A stretch of DNA of 32,000 nucleotides from contig NZ_FRCP01000019.1 in NCBI RefSeq assembly GCF_900142955.1, positions 117,516 through 149,515 of the forward strand, given 5' to 3'. Below, one piece after another: positions 15,064 to 25,574 of the stretch. A program made the translations under genes and the position numbers. Each line of letters starts with the position of its first letter. Within the stretch, counting starts at the first letter, position 1. The notes under the pieces were generated by a model. The model was given only the letters and a program-made list of their open reading frames with translations, was not told where the DNA came from and did no database searches. This stretch comes from Anaerosporobacter mobilis DSM 15930. Its GTDB lineage: Bacteria; Bacillota; Clostridia; Lachnospirales; Lachnospiraceae.

Positions 15064-16779
15064 TTACTTATTTGTCAATACAAACTGTTCAACTAATGCT
15101 TTCATTACTTGTGATTGACTAGCCATCTCTTCTGAACTTGCAGAGCTTTCTTCTGCCATAGCTGTATTTTCTTCTACTACAGCTGATATTTGTTCAACTT
15201 CCATCGTTACTGCTTTCAACTTATCAGCTTGAACTGTAGATGTTTGTGTTATTTGCTTAATATTTGTTTCTAAGCGTTTTGTTCTCTCCAAGGACTCGAG
15301 TAATGCTTTTGCTGTCTCTGTGGCTATTACCATACCACCATCAACTGCATGAATGGAATCTTGAATTAATGATGTAGATTCTTTTACCGCATGGGCACAT
15401 TGGTTCGCTAATTCATTCACTTGATTAGCAACAACTGCAAAACCTCTTCCCGCTTCTCCTGCTCTTGCTGCTTCAATTGATGCATTCAGTGCTAATAGAT
15501 TTGTCTGTGAAGCAATATCATTAATTGTTTTGATAATATTACTAATTTTACTCGAAGATGCATTGATATTACTCATTGCTCCTAACATATCCTGCATCTT
15601 ATCATTACTACCTTCAACATCTCTCTCTACTTCGTTTGCTACATCAAATGCTATGTTAGAACAATCAGCATTACAGTTAATTGCTCCTTCTAATTCCACA
15701 ATCATCTGCTGTAATCGTGATATTGCTCCTGTTTGTTCTACCGCACCTTGTGTTAATGCTTCTCCACTATACGCAAGTTGAACAGAACCGTCTGCAACTT
15801 GTTCCGCAGACATATTAATTTGTCTTAATACGTCCGATATCTTATTATTAAAATTCAAGATACTGATCTTAATATTCTTAAAGTCCCCAATGAATTCTTG
15901 ATTGATGTTGATATCAAAATTCCCCTTTGCCATCTGCTGCATTGATTGATCTATAGATTTCACATACGAAGATAGGAGACTCATACTCTTTTGTAGACTC
16001 TTAGCTACATGGGATACCTCATCATGTCCTTCTGTGTTAATTGTAGCATTCAGATTTCCCTTTGATAACTCAAGAGAAGCATACTCAATTTCTTCTAGTG
16101 GCATAGCAATACTCTTTGTAATACTTATCGTGAGTATAAGAGCAAATACAATAGACACGATCAAAAGAATAGTTAATATTATTATTGCAATAATGATTCC
16201 ATTTTCATTCTTATTAATCGCTTTTGATTCTGCATTCGCTATCTCCAGATCAAGAGTCGTAGCGTTATCAATCAAATTTTGTAACAATTCACTACCTTGA
16301 GATAAAATTAATGCTTTTGCTTCTTCATAGTTTTCATTCTCGAACTTCACAATAATATCATCAACTATAGACAGCCATTCTGATACTGATTTTTCATACT
16401 CATTCACTAATTCTTTATCCGCTGGAAATGTTTCTTTGATTATAGATATGCACTTCAATAAAGTATTTTTATTCTCTTTAAATGTCTCTAAATAGGAATC
16501 TATTTCATTTTTATTCTCAACAATTGCCATCTCACGAATTAATCTAGCTGCATTATTGGTTTCAATTCTACTATCTTTAATGGAAATCTCCGCCTTATAA
16601 GAATACTCAAGAAAGTCATTCAAATTATTCTTACTATTTATCAAGGAAACAATTGCAGTGGTAATTATTAGTATCATACATACCAATATAGTACTAAAAC
16701 CAAGTATCAACCTCGACTTAATTTTTAACTTTCTTAAACTAACTATGTATTTGTTAATCTTACTTACTTCATTCTCCAA
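15064..16779 (-). CDS. Methyl-accepting chemotaxis protein
   Basis: 571 aa. Two TM helices flank an approximately 150-aa extracellular domain, followed by a HAMP region. The conserved signalling hairpin is [33 protein letters not shown] start sits 7 nt after GGAGGA. Confidence 0.9.
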   Translation of the reverse strand: MENEVSKINKYIVSLRKLKIKSRLILGFSTILVCMILIITTAIVSLINSKNNLNDFLEYSYKAEISIKDSRIETNNAARLIREMAIVENKNEIDSYLETFKENKNTLLKCISIIKETFPADKELVNEYEKSVSEWLSIVDDIIVKFENENYEEAKALILSQGSELLQNLIDNATTLDLEIANAESKAINKNENGIIIAIIILTILLIVSIVFALILTISITKSIAMPLEEIEYASLELSKGNLNATINTEGHDEVSHVAKSLQKSMSLLSSYVKSIDQSMQQMAKGNFDININQEFIGDFKNIKISILNFNNKISDVLRQINMSAEQVADGSVQLAYSGEALTQGAVEQTGAISRLQQMIVELEGAINCNADCSNIAFDVANEVERDVEGSNDKMQDMLGAMSNINASSSKISNIIKTINDIASQTNLLALNASIEAARAGEAGRGFAVVANQVNELANQCAHAVKESTSLIQDSIHAVDGGMVIATETAKALLESLERTKRLETNIKQITQTSTVQADKLKAVTMEVEQISAVVEENTAMAEESSASSEEMASQSQVMKALVEQFVLTNK

Positions 16780-16969
16780 CTTCTAATCCTCCCTCTACTA
16801 GCACTAACTTTTAATCCCAAAGATAAAAGTCGTGGGATAATGGATTTATTATCCATCATCAAACGACTTTAAAAATATTATCATAGACGATTCATCAAGT
16901 CAACTAATCTAATTAATTATAGCTAATTATCTTATCAAATAAGATTAATTTAACTTTTATATACAGTTA

Positions 16970-17863
16970 TTACTCGAAAGTACCAAGAATTACAATACCA
17001 ATTACACAAATAATAATCATCGCATAGTGTTTCATTGACAACTTTTCCTTAAGAAATATCCTACTCCATAATACTGAAGCCACGCAGTATGAAGAAATAA
17101 CTGGTGCTGCAGCAATCGCATTCGCACCAACTGCAAAGATATAAGCAAACTGACCTGCCGTTTCAAAGATAGCTGCCACGAATTTAGGACTTTCCCTTTT
17201 AACCGTTAATTTCTCTTTCTTAATAACAACGACATAGATAAACGCCATAATTCCTAAGAAAAGAAATGTCAATTCATAAGCCACATTGGCCGTATTCTCA
17301 TTTAACTTCTCTAATACAAGACTATCTGCTAATGTACCTGCTGCATCAATGATACAGTATAGTATAGGAAGTAAGATCGCAAGAAAGCTCTTCGTATATT
17401 TCACGTTTGCTGTACTTTGTCTCTTAACACGAAGTTCTTTATCTTCTTTCATTTCAACAAATCCAAGTCCAACAACTCCTATACAAACAAGAAGTACCGC
17501 AAATGTTTGAAGACCACTCATTCTTTGGCCTAAGAATATAAAGCAACCAAGTGCCGCGATTGCACCAGAAGAATTACAAATTGGTGAGGAAATCGATAAC
17601 TCAATATAGCGAAGACCAATATATCCAATCGTCATCGAAATAATATACAACATTGAAACTGGTAGATACGTTATAAAATCTCCCATAGTAATTGGAGTAC
17701 CTACTATAACTATTTCATACAATGCATGAAGTCCCATAACAAGACCTACTGCCATAACCATTTTTAAGTGACTGTGCTTATCATCTGGCTTAGAACCAAT
17801 CTTACTGAATAAATCGGACCCACTCCAACATAATAAAGCCACTATAGCTAACCAAAACCACAT
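16970..17863 (-). CDS. DMT-superfamily (EamA-like) membrane transporter
   Basis: 297 aa and about 10 hydrophobic helices in two similar halves, the typical EamA size and organisation. Confidence 0.8.
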   Translation of the reverse strand: MWFWLAIVALLCWSGSDLFSKIGSKPDDKHSHLKMVMAVGLVMGLHALYEIVIVGTPITMGDFITYLPVSMLYIISMTIGYIGLRYIELSISSPICNSSGAIAALGCFIFLGQRMSGLQTFAVLLVCIGVVGLGFVEMKEDKELRVKRQSTANVKYTKSFLAILLPILYCIIDAAGTLADSLVLEKLNENTANVAYELTFLFLGIMAFIYVVVIKKEKLTVKRESPKFVAAIFETAGQFAYIFAVGANAIAAAPVISSYCVASVLWSRIFLKEKLSMKHYAMIIICVIGIVILGTFE

Positions 17864-18091
17864 AAATACATTTCCTCTTTTCTAACATTTGATTTGTTAC
17901 AAGCCAATTGTACATGATATGATTTTAAAATAGAAGTCCAAAGTGATAGTATTCTTAATTTCTTTCCTTCAACTTTACAGGTAATCTATCAAAGTAATTA
18001 CATTTGTCACATCCATGTTACTTCTATAATATATTCTAATCATTTTTTAATTCTTTTCATGACAAATTACACTAGTTCTTTTTACTTAATT

Positions 18092-18100
18092 TGGTATAAT
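18092..18100 (+). promoter_or_regulatory. Extended -10 promoter element (TGgTATAAT) upstream of the ABC operon
   Basis: TGGTATAAT at 18092-18100. No good -35. It lies about 50 nt upstream of the ATG at 18149. Confidence 0.45.
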
Positions 18101-18148
18101 CTCTTATAGCTGAGACAATATTATACTAACAAGTGAAGGAGAGTATGC

Positions 18149-20683
18149 ATGAAAGTCTTTATTAAATACGTACTAAAGAGCATGACAGAAAAAAAAGGAC
18201 GGTTCTTATTATTACTCATTGCAATCGCAATGAGTACGGGACTTGTAGTAACAAGTACTGGTTTAATTGACATCATTCTTGATAGTTTACTAAAACCCGT
18301 GGTTGCTTCTTATGAAAAACAAGACCTAGTAATTGAACCAAACGATAAGGGGTTATCGTTTTTTACTTGTAATGAAGTGAGTACTGCTGGCATTGAACCA
18401 GAGAGTATCCTCAAAGAAATCATCTTGAATGGAACCATTACAGACAATATTGACACAGACGATGAAACCTCGCGCACTGTAACCATACGGGCAAGAGACA
18501 CTTCTAAGATTCCACTGGAGCAATTAACTGATGGAAATCTAGATACCTTCAATGGTAGCTCGTGTATTATATCGGAACGTATTGCAAAAGAACGTAATTT
18601 AAGTTTAGGCGGTACCATTACCATAGTTATAGCAGGTGTCTCAAAAGAACTAACCATAACTGCAATCTCAGCACCAGATGGAGCCTTCTATAATGATACG
18701 CCGAACTCATTTTCTATGTTTCTTCCATACGAATATCTTGCAAATGAATTAGGAGTGAAAGGACAATATAACTTCATTACTGCTAAAGCTTTAGATGGTG
18801 GCATAGATCAAGCAATTGAATCTTTTAATTCAGCTAACAAGGATTTTAATGCTACAGAACTTTTTGATATGGATCAAGTGAAAGAACAATTCTCAAGCTT
18901 TAGTAGCATACTTTACGTAATGCTTCTTATCGTAGTCGCTATGAGTTCCATTATTATCTATAGCACCTTCAAGCTTATTATAACAGAGCGACTAACTACC
19001 ATAGGTACATTCCTAAGCCAAGGTGCAACTACTGGCAAAGTAAAATTCATCTTACGATTAGAAAGTTTCTTCTACGGTGTTATTGGTGCTTTGCTTGGTA
19101 ATGGTCTAGGAATACTTGCTTTGTATGTTATTACTAGATCCATTTCTCCACTAAAAAAATACGGTATTTATGAGGCAGTTACTATTAAGCCAAATTATAT
19201 GATTGCGGGAACTATCTTCGCTATATTATTATCCTTACTATCTTCTTATTTACCAGTTCGTAAGATTAGTAAATTACAAGTTAAGGATGTCATTTTGAAT
19301 GATGTTCGTGTTTCCATGCATATAGGATATAAGAAATTCATTGTTGGTTGTTGCTTACTTGGTGCTTCTTTACTCCTTTATTTCTTTGGTGGAGACTTAA
19401 CGATCAACTTATCGCCTATATTAATGATTGTTTCACTAATTGGAACAATACTTGCTTATCCGAAGGTGATTGACTTGTTATCGATACTCTTAAGTAAATT
19501 ATGCCGTGGTAAGAATAAATCCTTATTCTTCGCAACTAATAATCTTCGTACATCGAAGATCTTGTTAAGTAATATCACTCTAATCGTAATCTCAATATTA
19601 TCTATTCTAGCAATTACTTCTGCTGCTAAGAGCGCTACTGATGTAGTTGTTGATGCATATGAAGAACTAAACAGTGATATTGAAATCTATAATATATCAA
19701 CAATTCGTGAAAATGACGAACAATCGGTAACCGACAAGCTGACAGAACAACTCATTGATTTGGGTGTTAAAGCAGAAGACATTAATTATGTTGATTACGA
19801 ATACGCAACTGTCTATCTAAGTGATGATGAAGAAAATCAAATGTCAATTCCTTTACAAGGTATTGATTTAGATACGTATCGTGCATATAACGGTTATTTA
19901 GAACTGGATAGCAAAGCGTATAAAGAAGGCTTGGAACAATTCCGTACAGATTCTAAGGGCATCATTATGACAACTGCCTTATTAAAAGGAACGAATAAGA
20001 AAATCGGTGATACCGTATTAGTAGAATGCAATGGTGTAAAAGAAAAATTGACAATTGACGCAATAATTAACGCTAAGCTGTTTAATGGTGGAATAGTTAG
20101 TTTTGTTAGTCATGAAACAATGAGGAACTTATTCAATGTACCGTCTTCTAATCAGATAACCTTCGTTACAGATTCAGATATAGACACTTTCGTTCCAAAA
20201 CTAAAACCAATTATTCGTTCCATTGGAGCAACGTTCATAACAAAAGAAGAGATGCGTAAACAAAATATAGAACAGAATCAAATGATGATGAATGCATTAA
20301 GTATCTTTTCCTATCTAGCAATTGTAATTGCAGCACTTGGAATTATCAATAATGTATCCATTAGCTTCCTACAACGAAAAACAGAGTTCGCAGTATTATC
20401 CTCTGTTGGTATGGAGAATTCCTTACGACGACGTGTATTGCTAATTGAATCTGTTGCTTGTGTAACTTGGGGTATGGTCATTGCTATCCTATATAGTTTG
20501 TTTGGTATGTCATTAGTGGGCAAGATTATGTCTCTGGTAGGATTTCCATTAGAAATCTCATTATCGTTTGGTTCCCTACCAACAATCTATCTCGTATCTT
20601 TATGTATCGTTTTACTTGCTACTCTACCAGTTATATTCAAGAGTAAGAAATTATCAATAATTCAAGAATTAAAATATGAATAA
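18149..20683 (+). CDS. ABC transporter permease with two FtsX/MacB-type modules (YbbP-like)
   Basis: 844 aa. The unit TM, then an approximately 200-aa extracytoplasmic domain, then 3 TM occurs twice (about aa 20-370 and about aa 480-840). GAAGGAG RBS. Confidence 0.88.
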   Translation: MKVFIKYVLKSMTEKKGRFLLLLIAIAMSTGLVVTSTGLIDIILDSLLKPVVASYEKQDLVIEPNDKGLSFFTCNEVSTAGIEPESILKEIILNGTITDNIDTDDETSRTVTIRARDTSKIPLEQLTDGNLDTFNGSSCIISERIAKERNLSLGGTITIVIAGVSKELTITAISAPDGAFYNDTPNSFSMFLPYEYLANELGVKGQYNFITAKALDGGIDQAIESFNSANKDFNATELFDMDQVKEQFSSFSSILYVMLLIVVAMSSIIIYSTFKLIITERLTTIGTFLSQGATTGKVKFILRLESFFYGVIGALLGNGLGILALYVITRSISPLKKYGIYEAVTIKPNYMIAGTIFAILLSLLSSYLPVRKISKLQVKDVILNDVRVSMHIGYKKFIVGCCLLGASLLLYFFGGDLTINLSPILMIVSLIGTILAYPKVIDLLSILLSKLCRGKNKSLFFATNNLRTSKILLSNITLIVISILSILAITSAAKSATDVVVDAYEELNSDIEIYNISTIRENDEQSVTDKLTEQLIDLGVKAEDINYVDYEYATVYLSDDEENQMSIPLQGIDLDTYRAYNGYLELDSKAYKEGLEQFRTDSKGIIMTTALLKGTNKKIGDTVLVECNGVKEKLTIDAIINAKLFNGGIVSFVSHETMRNLFNVPSSNQITFVTDSDIDTFVPKLKPIIRSIGATFITKEEMRKQNIEQNQMMMNALSIFSYLAIVIAALGIINNVSISFLQRKTEFAVLSSVGMENSLRRRVLLIESVACVTWGMVIAILYSLFGMSLVGKIMSLVGFPLEISLSFGSLPTIYLVSLCIVLLATLPVIFKSKKLSIIQELKYE

Positions 20684-20723
20684 ATATGACTAAAATGTAT
20701 ACAAGAATGAAAGGAGCATCACT

Positions 20724-21437
20724 ATGAAAGTAATTGAAGCTATAAATTTGAATAAAACATTCGTTAACGGTAAAGAAGAATCCCACGTACTCAAGGATAT
20801 TAATCTAACGATACAAAAAGGGGAATTCGTCTCCATTATGGGACCTTCCGGAAGTGGTAAATCTACTCTTCTGTACCTTCTTGGAGGCCTAGACAAACCA
20901 ACAGGTGGGTCTGTTATGTTAGAAGATACAAACCTTGGTACCATCAAACACAAAGAAATGAGCAAGCTTAGAAGAAGTAAAATTGGATTCGTATTCCAGT
21001 TTTATAATCTAGTACCTAATTTAACAGTAGAAGATAATATCTTACTCCCTGTTATACTAGATGGGGAAAATCCTAAAAAATACGAAAAGAAGCTCGCTGA
21101 CATCTTAGATACGATTGGCTTGTCTGATAAACGAAAATTAACTCCAAGAGAATTATCAGGTGGTCAACAACAACGTGTTGCTATTGCTAGAGCACTTGTA
21201 TTCGATCCAGATATCATCTTCCTTGATGAACCTATCGGAAATCTTGATTCCAAAACTGGTAAAGAGATTATGCAGCTTTTTCAAAAGATTAATATCAAAT
21301 ACAACAAAACACTCATACAAGTTACTCACTCTTCAAAATCTGCAAAATACGGAACCAGCATTATTCGCTTGGTAGATGGCCAGATTGTTGAACATGTTGA
21401 TGTATGCGATGAGGATGTTGTTACCGTAACCGCATAA
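20724..21437 (+). CDS. ABC transporter ATP-binding protein (MacB/LolD-type)
   Basis: 237 aa. Walker A GPSGSGKST, Q-loop, signature LSGGQQQRVAIARAL, Walker B IIFLDEP. GAAAGGAG RBS. Confidence 0.92.
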   Translation: MKVIEAINLNKTFVNGKEESHVLKDINLTIQKGEFVSIMGPSGSGKSTLLYLLGGLDKPTGGSVMLEDTNLGTIKHKEMSKLRRSKIGFVFQFYNLVPNLTVEDNILLPVILDGENPKKYEKKLADILDTIGLSDKRKLTPRELSGGQQQRVAIARALVFDPDIIFLDEPIGNLDSKTGKEIMQLFQKINIKYNKTLIQVTHSSKSAKYGTSIIRLVDGQIVEHVDVCDEDVVTVTA

Positions 21438-21444
21438 AGAAAAC

Positions 21445-21497
21445 AGGCAATTTTCAGATGTAGATCCCTACAAAGAGGGCTCCATTGAAAATTGCCT
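21445..21497. terminator. Hairpin terminator between the convergent ABC operon and MCP gene
   Basis: 12-bp stem AGGCAATTTTCA / TGAAAATTGCCT with a 29-nt partly structured loop, followed by TTTTATATTT. Confidence 0.6.
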
Positions 21498-21504
21498 TTT
21501 ATAT

Positions 21505-23205
21505 TTACCTATGAGTATTTAACTTGAATCGTGCAACCATCTCTCGTAATCCTTCTGCCTGTGCAGTAAGTTCTTCTGAGGCGCCTGCACTTTGTTCTGA
21601 AACTTTAGACTGTCCTTCAATTACTTTAGAAATCTGCTCGATTCCTTTAGAAACTTCATCCAAAGCATTTGCCTGACTACTGGAGGCTTGCGATATTAAA
21701 TCAATATTCTCTCCTAGTTCCTTCGCCTTAGTTACCGTCTTACTTAACAACTTTGCTGTCTTATCAACTTTTGTATTACCTAATTCTACGGCTCTTAATG
21801 AAGCTTCAATGAATATATTAGAATTGTTCGCTGCTGTTGCACTCTCAGCTGCGAGCTTACTAACTTGGTCTGCTACTACCGCAAATCCACGGCCTGCTTC
21901 CCCTGCTCTCGCTGCTTCGATCGAAGCGTTCAATGCCAATAGATTCGTTTGTTCTGCAATGCCTTCAATCGTTTGGATAATCTGAGAGATTTGCTTTGAA
22001 GATTCTGAGATATCATTCATGGCAGAAACAACTGCTTCCATCTGTGCGTTTGAATTATTAAGTTCATCTCTCATAACTCTTGCTAGACGATCCGCATTGC
22101 TTGCGTTATTAGCTGTTCTATCTACTTCATCGAATATATTCTCAATGGTTGCCTGTAATTCTTCAATGGAACTAGCTTGATCAGCAGTGCCCTCCGCTAT
22201 CGCTTGCGCCGTAGATGCAATTTGCTGTGAACCACCTGCTACCAAATCAGCAGAGAGATTGGTTTGTTTCATGAAGGAATTCATATTCGTTAATATATTT
22301 AAAATAGATTCTTTTATTGACTTTAGTTGACCAGCATAATCAGCCGTTAGGGATACTGTTAGGTCTTGATTTGCAATTCCATTCAGTGCGAAACTAACTT
22401 CACTAATCATTTCATTCAGATTCTGCTTCATCTGTACGATTGATCCAACCATCTCTCCAACCTCCGTCTGATCAACCTCCATATCAAACTCTTGTGCAAA
22501 ATCCCCCTTCGAGATATGTTCCATCTGTCTCTTCACTCGAATAATAGGATTAAGTAACTCTTCACTAGAGAAACGAAGGAATTTGCCAACAAGAATAAAT
22601 AACGCGATTAAAACAATGATAACATCTATGTTGGACCAGTAAGCTAAGAATGTAGATCCACTAATTCGAGAATTAAAACGTTTTGCTACTTCATTTGATA
22701 ATTGATCTATACTCGCTTCTAATGCTTTATTAGCGTTCTCATAATCAGAGCTGAAAATCTTATTCATTGCCCCCTCTAAATCACCACTAGCCATTAAAGC
22801 AAATATATCTTTATTCATAGCAAGTAACTGTTGATATGTACTATCTGCTTCTTCTAAAAACTTCTTTTCGTTTCCCTTTAATCCAATAGCTTTCATCTTC
22901 TGAACAGCTAAGTCAACCGTACCATCTGCTTTTACTAACGCATTATATTCTTCCATGTATGTTTCATTTTTGTTTGTAATATAACATCTAGCTTTATACA
23001 TCATCTGTTGTGTAGCCAACTGATATTCTTGAATCGCTGTTAATGAATTGTGTTGATTCCTAAAATTCCTTTGTAGTGCATTACTCTGTAGAACTTGAAG
23101 TACCATAATTATAAGCCCTATTGTAATACAAATCCTAAGTGCTTGTCTCCACTTTCTCATCCTAACAGATTGTTTTACTATTTTTCTACTTTTTTGTGTT
23201 TTCAA
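21505..23205 (-). CDS. Methyl-accepting chemotaxis protein
   Basis: 566 aa. TM, extracellular domain, TM, HAMP. The conserved signalling hairpin is [33 protein letters not shown] start follows a GGGGAGG RBS. Confidence 0.9.
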   Translation of the reverse strand: MKTQKSRKIVKQSVRMRKWRQALRICITIGLIIMVLQVLQSNALQRNFRNQHNSLTAIQEYQLATQQMMYKARCYITNKNETYMEEYNALVKADGTVDLAVQKMKAIGLKGNEKKFLEEADSTYQQLLAMNKDIFALMASGDLEGAMNKIFSSDYENANKALEASIDQLSNEVAKRFNSRISGSTFLAYWSNIDVIIVLIALFILVGKFLRFSSEELLNPIIRVKRQMEHISKGDFAQEFDMEVDQTEVGEMVGSIVQMKQNLNEMISEVSFALNGIANQDLTVSLTADYAGQLKSIKESILNILTNMNSFMKQTNLSADLVAGGSQQIASTAQAIAEGTADQASSIEELQATIENIFDEVDRTANNASNADRLARVMRDELNNSNAQMEAVVSAMNDISESSKQISQIIQTIEGIAEQTNLLALNASIEAARAGEAGRGFAVVADQVSKLAAESATAANNSNIFIEASLRAVELGNTKVDKTAKLLSKTVTKAKELGENIDLISQASSSQANALDEVSKGIEQISKVIEGQSKVSEQSAGASEELTAQAEGLREMVARFKLNTHR

Positions 23206-23490
23206 TTGTAAACCTCCCCTGTAATTTTTATCTTACTATTAGGTAATTCCTTGCTTCATTTAAAAACCGAGTTTTTTTTACTTAATTTACTATTTTTCAT
23301 CATATAATGTTACATTATATTACATATTCCACAAATTAACAAGCATAACTTTGGTGTATTTTTGTATTTTTTGTAATATTAAGTATTTTTCGATGCTTTT
23401 GTAACCATTTTCATGATAAAACCAATTATAGTATCAATTACATTTATTTGTATATTTAATATATTATTTCCATTATTTTTATTGAATTAA

Positions 23491-23519
23491 TTGACAATTT
23501 CTTTTGTTTTTGTTAATAT
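23491..23519 (+). promoter_or_regulatory. Sigma-A promoter with extended -10 upstream of the GH3-family gene
   Basis: TTGACA (23491-23496), a 17-nt spacer ending in TGT, then TAATAT (23514-23519). Confidence 0.5.
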
Positions 23520-23635
23520 TTATTATTATTTAGTATTTTTTGTAACTTCAGTTACTTTCACGTATTACACTTGCAGTGCACTTGTTTTATCAAGTTATAA
23601 GTCTATGAACACAAAATACAATTACACAGAAAGGT

Positions 23636-25351
23636 ATGATTGACATGACAAACTACTTACACAGCCTGTATTTACAAATCATCTCTGAAGGAACTCTCTA
23701 TAAAAAAGAATTTGATGAGATCGCCAAAAATCCTGGTGATTATAACACGAATTTACTCTTGAATCTTTTACACTCAAATGCTTCCACCGAATTTGGTCAA
23801 TTACATAACTTTGCATCTATTACTTCTGTAGAACAATACAAAAACTCCATGCCTATCACTGGCTATGATAATTATGAGCCCTATATCAAGAGAATGATTC
23901 AAGAACAACAAGATAACTTACTGACTAGTTATCCAATTCGTCATTACATGGAATCCTCCGGTACTCAAGGAACGGCTAAATATCTTCCTCTTTCCAATCC
24001 ATCGAAAGAAATTATACATACATTGTCTAAACAACTCTTCTCTAGAATCTATGAGTTAATAGGCGATAACTGGACATATCATAAACTATTATTGTTAATT
24101 GTTCCTGCCGATAAAACACTTAATGAATATGCGGATCGCAACTCACTATCAACAGAACTTTTCATAGGAATCTTCGAAGAAAATATGTCTGATTTCGTTG
24201 TATCACCTATGCTCGCATACGAGAAAGGTAGAATAGTCGATACCCAGTACCTCCATGCTATGTTTGCACTGTTAGATGAAAATATGTGCTCCATCTTCTC
24301 CCCTTTTATGTCATTCATTCTTGAATTCATTCACTATGTCAATAATAACAAAGAAATGCTTATACAAAATATTGAGATGGGTATAATTGATGATTCTATA
24401 AATATCTCAAAAGAGGATTGCGCTACACTATTATCAACTATAAAACCAAACAAAGAAAGAGCAGCTCAGTTAAGGGAAATCTTTGAGGTTTATCCTACTA
24501 GTTGGCCCAAAAAAGTATGGCCAAATCTAGAGCTTATCTTAAGTACTTGCAGCGGTAGCTTTCTTGAATGTACGGATGTTGTCCGTACCTATGTTGGAAA
24601 TGAAGTTAATATCTTGGGCTTAGGATTTGGCTCTAGTGAATGTGTTTTTTCCATGCCAGTGGAATTAAATCAAAACGATGCTGTCCTTCTACCTCATACA
24701 GGTTTCTTTGAGTTCTTACCACTTGGCGAGAATGATTATACTAAGACTTTAACTCTAGACGAAATTGAAATCGGTAAAGATTATGAAATCCTTGTAACGA
24801 CTATATCTGGATTATATCGTTATCAGATGCGTGATGCAGTAACTGTGACTGGTACATATCTTAATACACCTAAGATTCAATTCTCTCATCGAATTGATCA
24901 GACCGTAAATATATTTGGCGAAAAAACTTCTGAACTTTTACTCCGGAAAATTGTTTATGATATGGCATCTGAGAATGGTTTAAGTATTCACAATTTTAGT
25001 GTTTACCCAGATACTACCTCAGCTCCTATGCGATACGTTTTCTTTATTGAGTTCTCCGATGATGCACTTCACATATCAACTAAACAGATGCAAGAGTCAA
25101 TGGAAAAGAAATTAAGAGGTGCAAACTTCCTCTACGACTTATTCGCTAGTTCTGGTAAATTAGCTCCGTTAGAAATACATATATTACAAAAAAATTCTTA
25201 TATCAATTACAAACAGAATTTACTGAATGAAGGTAAAAATATATCACAAATAAAACCTGTACGTATCATATCAAGTGCTAAAATTAAAGATTTCTTTCTT
25301 AAACATGTTGAGCACAAAAATGAAAAGTTGACAGAATTAATTATGAATTAA
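23636..25351 (+). CDS. GH3-family (plant auxin-responsive GH3/JAR1-like) adenylate-forming acyl-acid amido synthetase homologue
   Basis: 571 aa. ANL/GH3 motifs are in the right order: SSGTQGTAKYLP (SSGTTxGxxK-like), GFGSSEC (YGSSE-like) and GLYRYQMRDAV (GLYRYRLGD-like). The start could be ATG 23645, which has better RBS spacing. Confidence 0.8.
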   Translation: MIDMTNYLHSLYLQIISEGTLYKKEFDEIAKNPGDYNTNLLLNLLHSNASTEFGQLHNFASITSVEQYKNSMPITGYDNYEPYIKRMIQEQQDNLLTSYPIRHYMESSGTQGTAKYLPLSNPSKEIIHTLSKQLFSRIYELIGDNWTYHKLLLLIVPADKTLNEYADRNSLSTELFIGIFEENMSDFVVSPMLAYEKGRIVDTQYLHAMFALLDENMCSIFSPFMSFILEFIHYVNNNKEMLIQNIEMGIIDDSINISKEDCATLLSTIKPNKERAAQLREIFEVYPTSWPKKVWPNLELILSTCSGSFLECTDVVRTYVGNEVNILGLGFGSSECVFSMPVELNQNDAVLLPHTGFFEFLPLGENDYTKTLTLDEIEIGKDYEILVTTISGLYRYQMRDAVTVTGTYLNTPKIQFSHRIDQTVNIFGEKTSELLLRKIVYDMASENGLSIHNFSVYPDTTSAPMRYVFFIEFSDDALHISTKQMQESMEKKLRGANFLYDLFASSGKLAPLEIHILQKNSYINYKQNLLNEGKNISQIKPVRIISSAKIKDFFLKHVEHKNEKLTELIMN

Positions 25352-25430
25352 CTAAGCTATTAGAAGACTGTTCGCGACTTAAAGCATGCACGTGTTAAAA
25401 CAACTAATTCTATGCTATACATATCACGTA

Positions 25431-25517
25431 AAAAAGACAAACTTACTGGTTTTAAGCAGATTAACGGATATGATAACCCGTTCTACAAACATAAACCATT
25501 GAAAGATTGTCTTTTTT
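25431..25517 (+). terminator. Long three-tier hairpin ending in a T-run (probable terminator of the GH3-family gene)
   Basis: AAAAAGACAA (25431-25440) pairs with TTGTCTTTTT (25507-25516). Nested inside, TGGTTT (25447-25452) pairs with AAACCA (25493-25498), and AACGG (25463-25467) pairs with CCGTT (25478-25482). A T-run follows. Confidence 0.45.
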
Positions 25518-25574
25518 ATGTTGCTTTTTATTATATTATATACTTTACTAAGCTTTTTCCCTTATATCATAATT

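Noticed and set aside
15430-15500. Similarity between the two MCP genes (also 21890-21960), considered as a possible repeat or recombination element
   Set aside because: The similarity is confined to the universally conserved MCP signalling hairpin. It holds at protein level, while the DNA differs at many synonymous positions. These are ordinary paralogues.
21455-21465. 11-nt exact match (CAGATGTAGAT) to the second blaI-type operator (10350-10360), which might have linked the ABC operon to the BlaI-like regulon
   Set aside because: Only the right half-site is present, with no TAGACA left arm. It also lies in the loop of a convergent terminator rather than in a promoter. It is most likely chance similarity in AT-rich DNA, and worth revisiting only if a genome-wide motif scan supports it.
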